DNA from: a virus
Length of the DNA stretch: 64,000 nt
IMG/VR virus record: IMGVR_UViG_3300002461_001229
Reading direction: 5' to 3' (one strand)
Part shown: piece after piece, positions 62,767 to 64,000 of the stretch
Layout: each line of letters opens with the position of its first letter
Position numbering within the stretch: the first letter of the stretch is position 1
The notes under the pieces: model-generated
The model's database searches: none
What the model was told of the DNA's origin: nothing
Seen by the model: the letters and a program-made list of their open reading frames with translations, nothing else
Translations under genes and position numbers: made by a program

Positions 62767-63543
62767 TCATCCCTTCTGTTCTCCCGCCCACTGCTGGATG
62801 TAGTCGACGAGCTCGAAGATCTTCTCGATCTCGGCCCGCTTGCAGTCGAACAGGTTGCCGGACGTTCCGATCGCGATCTTTATCGCTCCGACCTGGCAGC
62901 TCAGCGCCATCGTAGCGGACGGTATTTCTTCCGCTTCCTTGATTTCGAGGAACCGCACCAGCCCGTTCGCGGGAGCGGGTTCGCCGGGCGGCGTGTACGG
63001 GATCGTGAGCAGGTCCGGCACAGGTCTGCGTTTCGCGAAGTCCAAAACCTCTTCGGTCGGGGTGGGGTCCGCATCGGTCAATGCAGCGGCCGATGCGGAC
63101 CGTTTGGAGGGACGTTTAGGCGGCTTCGTGGCCACCAATAGCTCGACGCCTTTCGCCTCGGCATCGCGAAACTTTGCGTCGGTCTTGCGAAGCAGCGACC
63201 AATACGAGTTCGACATTCCGTAGGCCTTTGCTCTGGCGGTTGCGGTCGTGTGCTGCGAGCTGACCAGCGTCACGCGGTCGTAATCGATGCCGGGCTTCCG
63301 CTCGAATTCGACCTCGATCTTGCCGCCACCGATCCGCCAAAAACGGACCGGCTTTTCGCCCGGGCGGAAGAACGCGGTCAGGTCACCGTTGGACTCTTTG
63401 AAGATCTTTTCTTCGTTGACCAATTCTTCAAGCAGGTCGTCTATCTCGACGCTCCGATCGATGCCGCAAAAATGCTTGATGCCCGGCAGTGTCCGGTAGC
63501 CATCAGCCAGAGCCTTCAATACCTGAGTTTCAAAGTTATCCAT
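62767..63543 (-). CDS. Hypothetical protein, possible N-terminal winged helix
   Basis: VLKALADGYRTLPGI...LLEELVNEEKI. Confidence 0.6.
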   Translation of the reverse strand: MDNFETQVLKALADGYRTLPGIKHFCGIDRSVEIDDLLEELVNEEKIFKESNGDLTAFFRPGEKPVRFWRIGGGKIEVEFERKPGIDYDRVTLVSSQHTTATARAKAYGMSNSYWSLLRKTDAKFRDAEAKGVELLVATKPPKRPSKRSASAAALTDADPTPTEEVLDFAKRRPVPDLLTIPYTPPGEPAPANGLVRFLEIKEAEEIPSATMALSCQVGAIKIAIGTSGNLFDCKRAEIEKIFELVDYIQQWAGEQKG

Positions 63544-63548
63544 AATTT

Positions 63549-63908
63549 TCACCCAATTGTCCGGAGAGGCCCGTAGTTTCCCGCACTTGATGCACGAGCC
63601 TCCCCGGTCGCGGCGGAAGGTGTGATCCCGCCGTTCTCAAGCGACACGGCAGCCGAACGCAACCGGTCGAAAGTTGTCTGCATTTCCGCGATCATTGCGC
63701 GGCACTCGGCACTGTCGGCAGCAAGGAACGCAAGCCGCAGTTGGCCGAGTAACGCGTTCAGCTGCTCGGCGTGCGGCCAGAATGCTGCGGGAGCTTCGCC
63801 CTCGCCGGCCAGCTTGGCAGCCCACTCCGGCCACGAGGCGACCTCGTCGGCAAGCACTTGGCTATTCGTGCCGGGTGCGAACACGACGGCGCAGTAGAGA
63901 ACGAACAA
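63549..63908 (-). CDS. Hypothetical protein
   Basis: ORF near the window edge; start uncertain. Confidence 0.35.
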   Translation of the reverse strand: MFVLYCAVVFAPGTNSQVLADEVASWPEWAAKLAGEGEAPAAFWPHAEQLNALLGQLRLAFLAADSAECRAMIAEMQTTFDRLRSAAVSLENGGITPSAATGEARASSAGNYGPLRTIG

Positions 63909-64000
63909 GTTCTCAAGTGCCCCCGGTCGACGTACGTCCTCGTCCTGGCCGACCAGGCGATAGATCTGTTGCCGGCTATAGTTCCGGCCCTTTATCTCAT

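Larger units (their letters stand above)
1..64000 (-). mobile_element. Tailed dsDNA phage/prophage genome segment (podovirus-like morphogenesis, lambda-like replication); both ends lie outside the window
   Basis: Contiguous co-oriented modules: terminase, portal, capsid, tail, ejection proteins, endolysin/holin, initiator plus DnaB. No host housekeeping operon, integrase or att site seen. Confidence 0.95.

Overview
The whole 64 kb window is one stretch of a GC-rich tailed dsDNA phage or prophage genome. Essentially all genes lie on the minus strand. In transcription order (right to left) it carries: (1) an early/replication region (about 63.9-49.8 kb) with a VRR-NUC nuclease, DUF5131 protein, J-domain protein, DnaB helicase, a lambda-O-like initiator with six internal iterons, a Gam-like protein behind an operator-overlapped sigma70 promoter, an atypical initiator-type tRNA(CAU), ParB, KTSC and an XRE HTH; (2) a packaging/head module (TerS, TerL, portal, scaffold, major capsid); (3) a short-tail (podovirus-like) module with several adaptor-like proteins, a nozzle-like protein, a GNAT-like protein and a repeat-rich fibre next to a glycosyltransferase and a methyltransferase; (4) an ejection-protein operon ending in a 6951-aa polyvalent protein (lytic transglycosylase, DdrB-like ParB, SF2 helicase, N6-adenine MTase, two tandem 'EEIQSD'-type domains, degenerate zincin); (5) a lysis cassette. 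No integrase, att site, rRNA or CRISPR array is visible. Two observations stand out. First, a three-copy cassette (sigma70 promoter, 39-nt near-invariant leader, intrinsic terminator with a covarying stem) heads the head/tail, ejection and lysis operons, which suggests an uncharacterised late-gene antitermination or attenuation switch. Second, up to three small +1-frame genes with their own Shine-Dalgarno sequences and a shared M-x-x-(L/I)-R-x-x-x-P motif are nested inside disordered linkers of the giant gene. All assignments come from motif recognition by eye. No database search, folding or GC computation was run, and several start codons were re-assigned manually.
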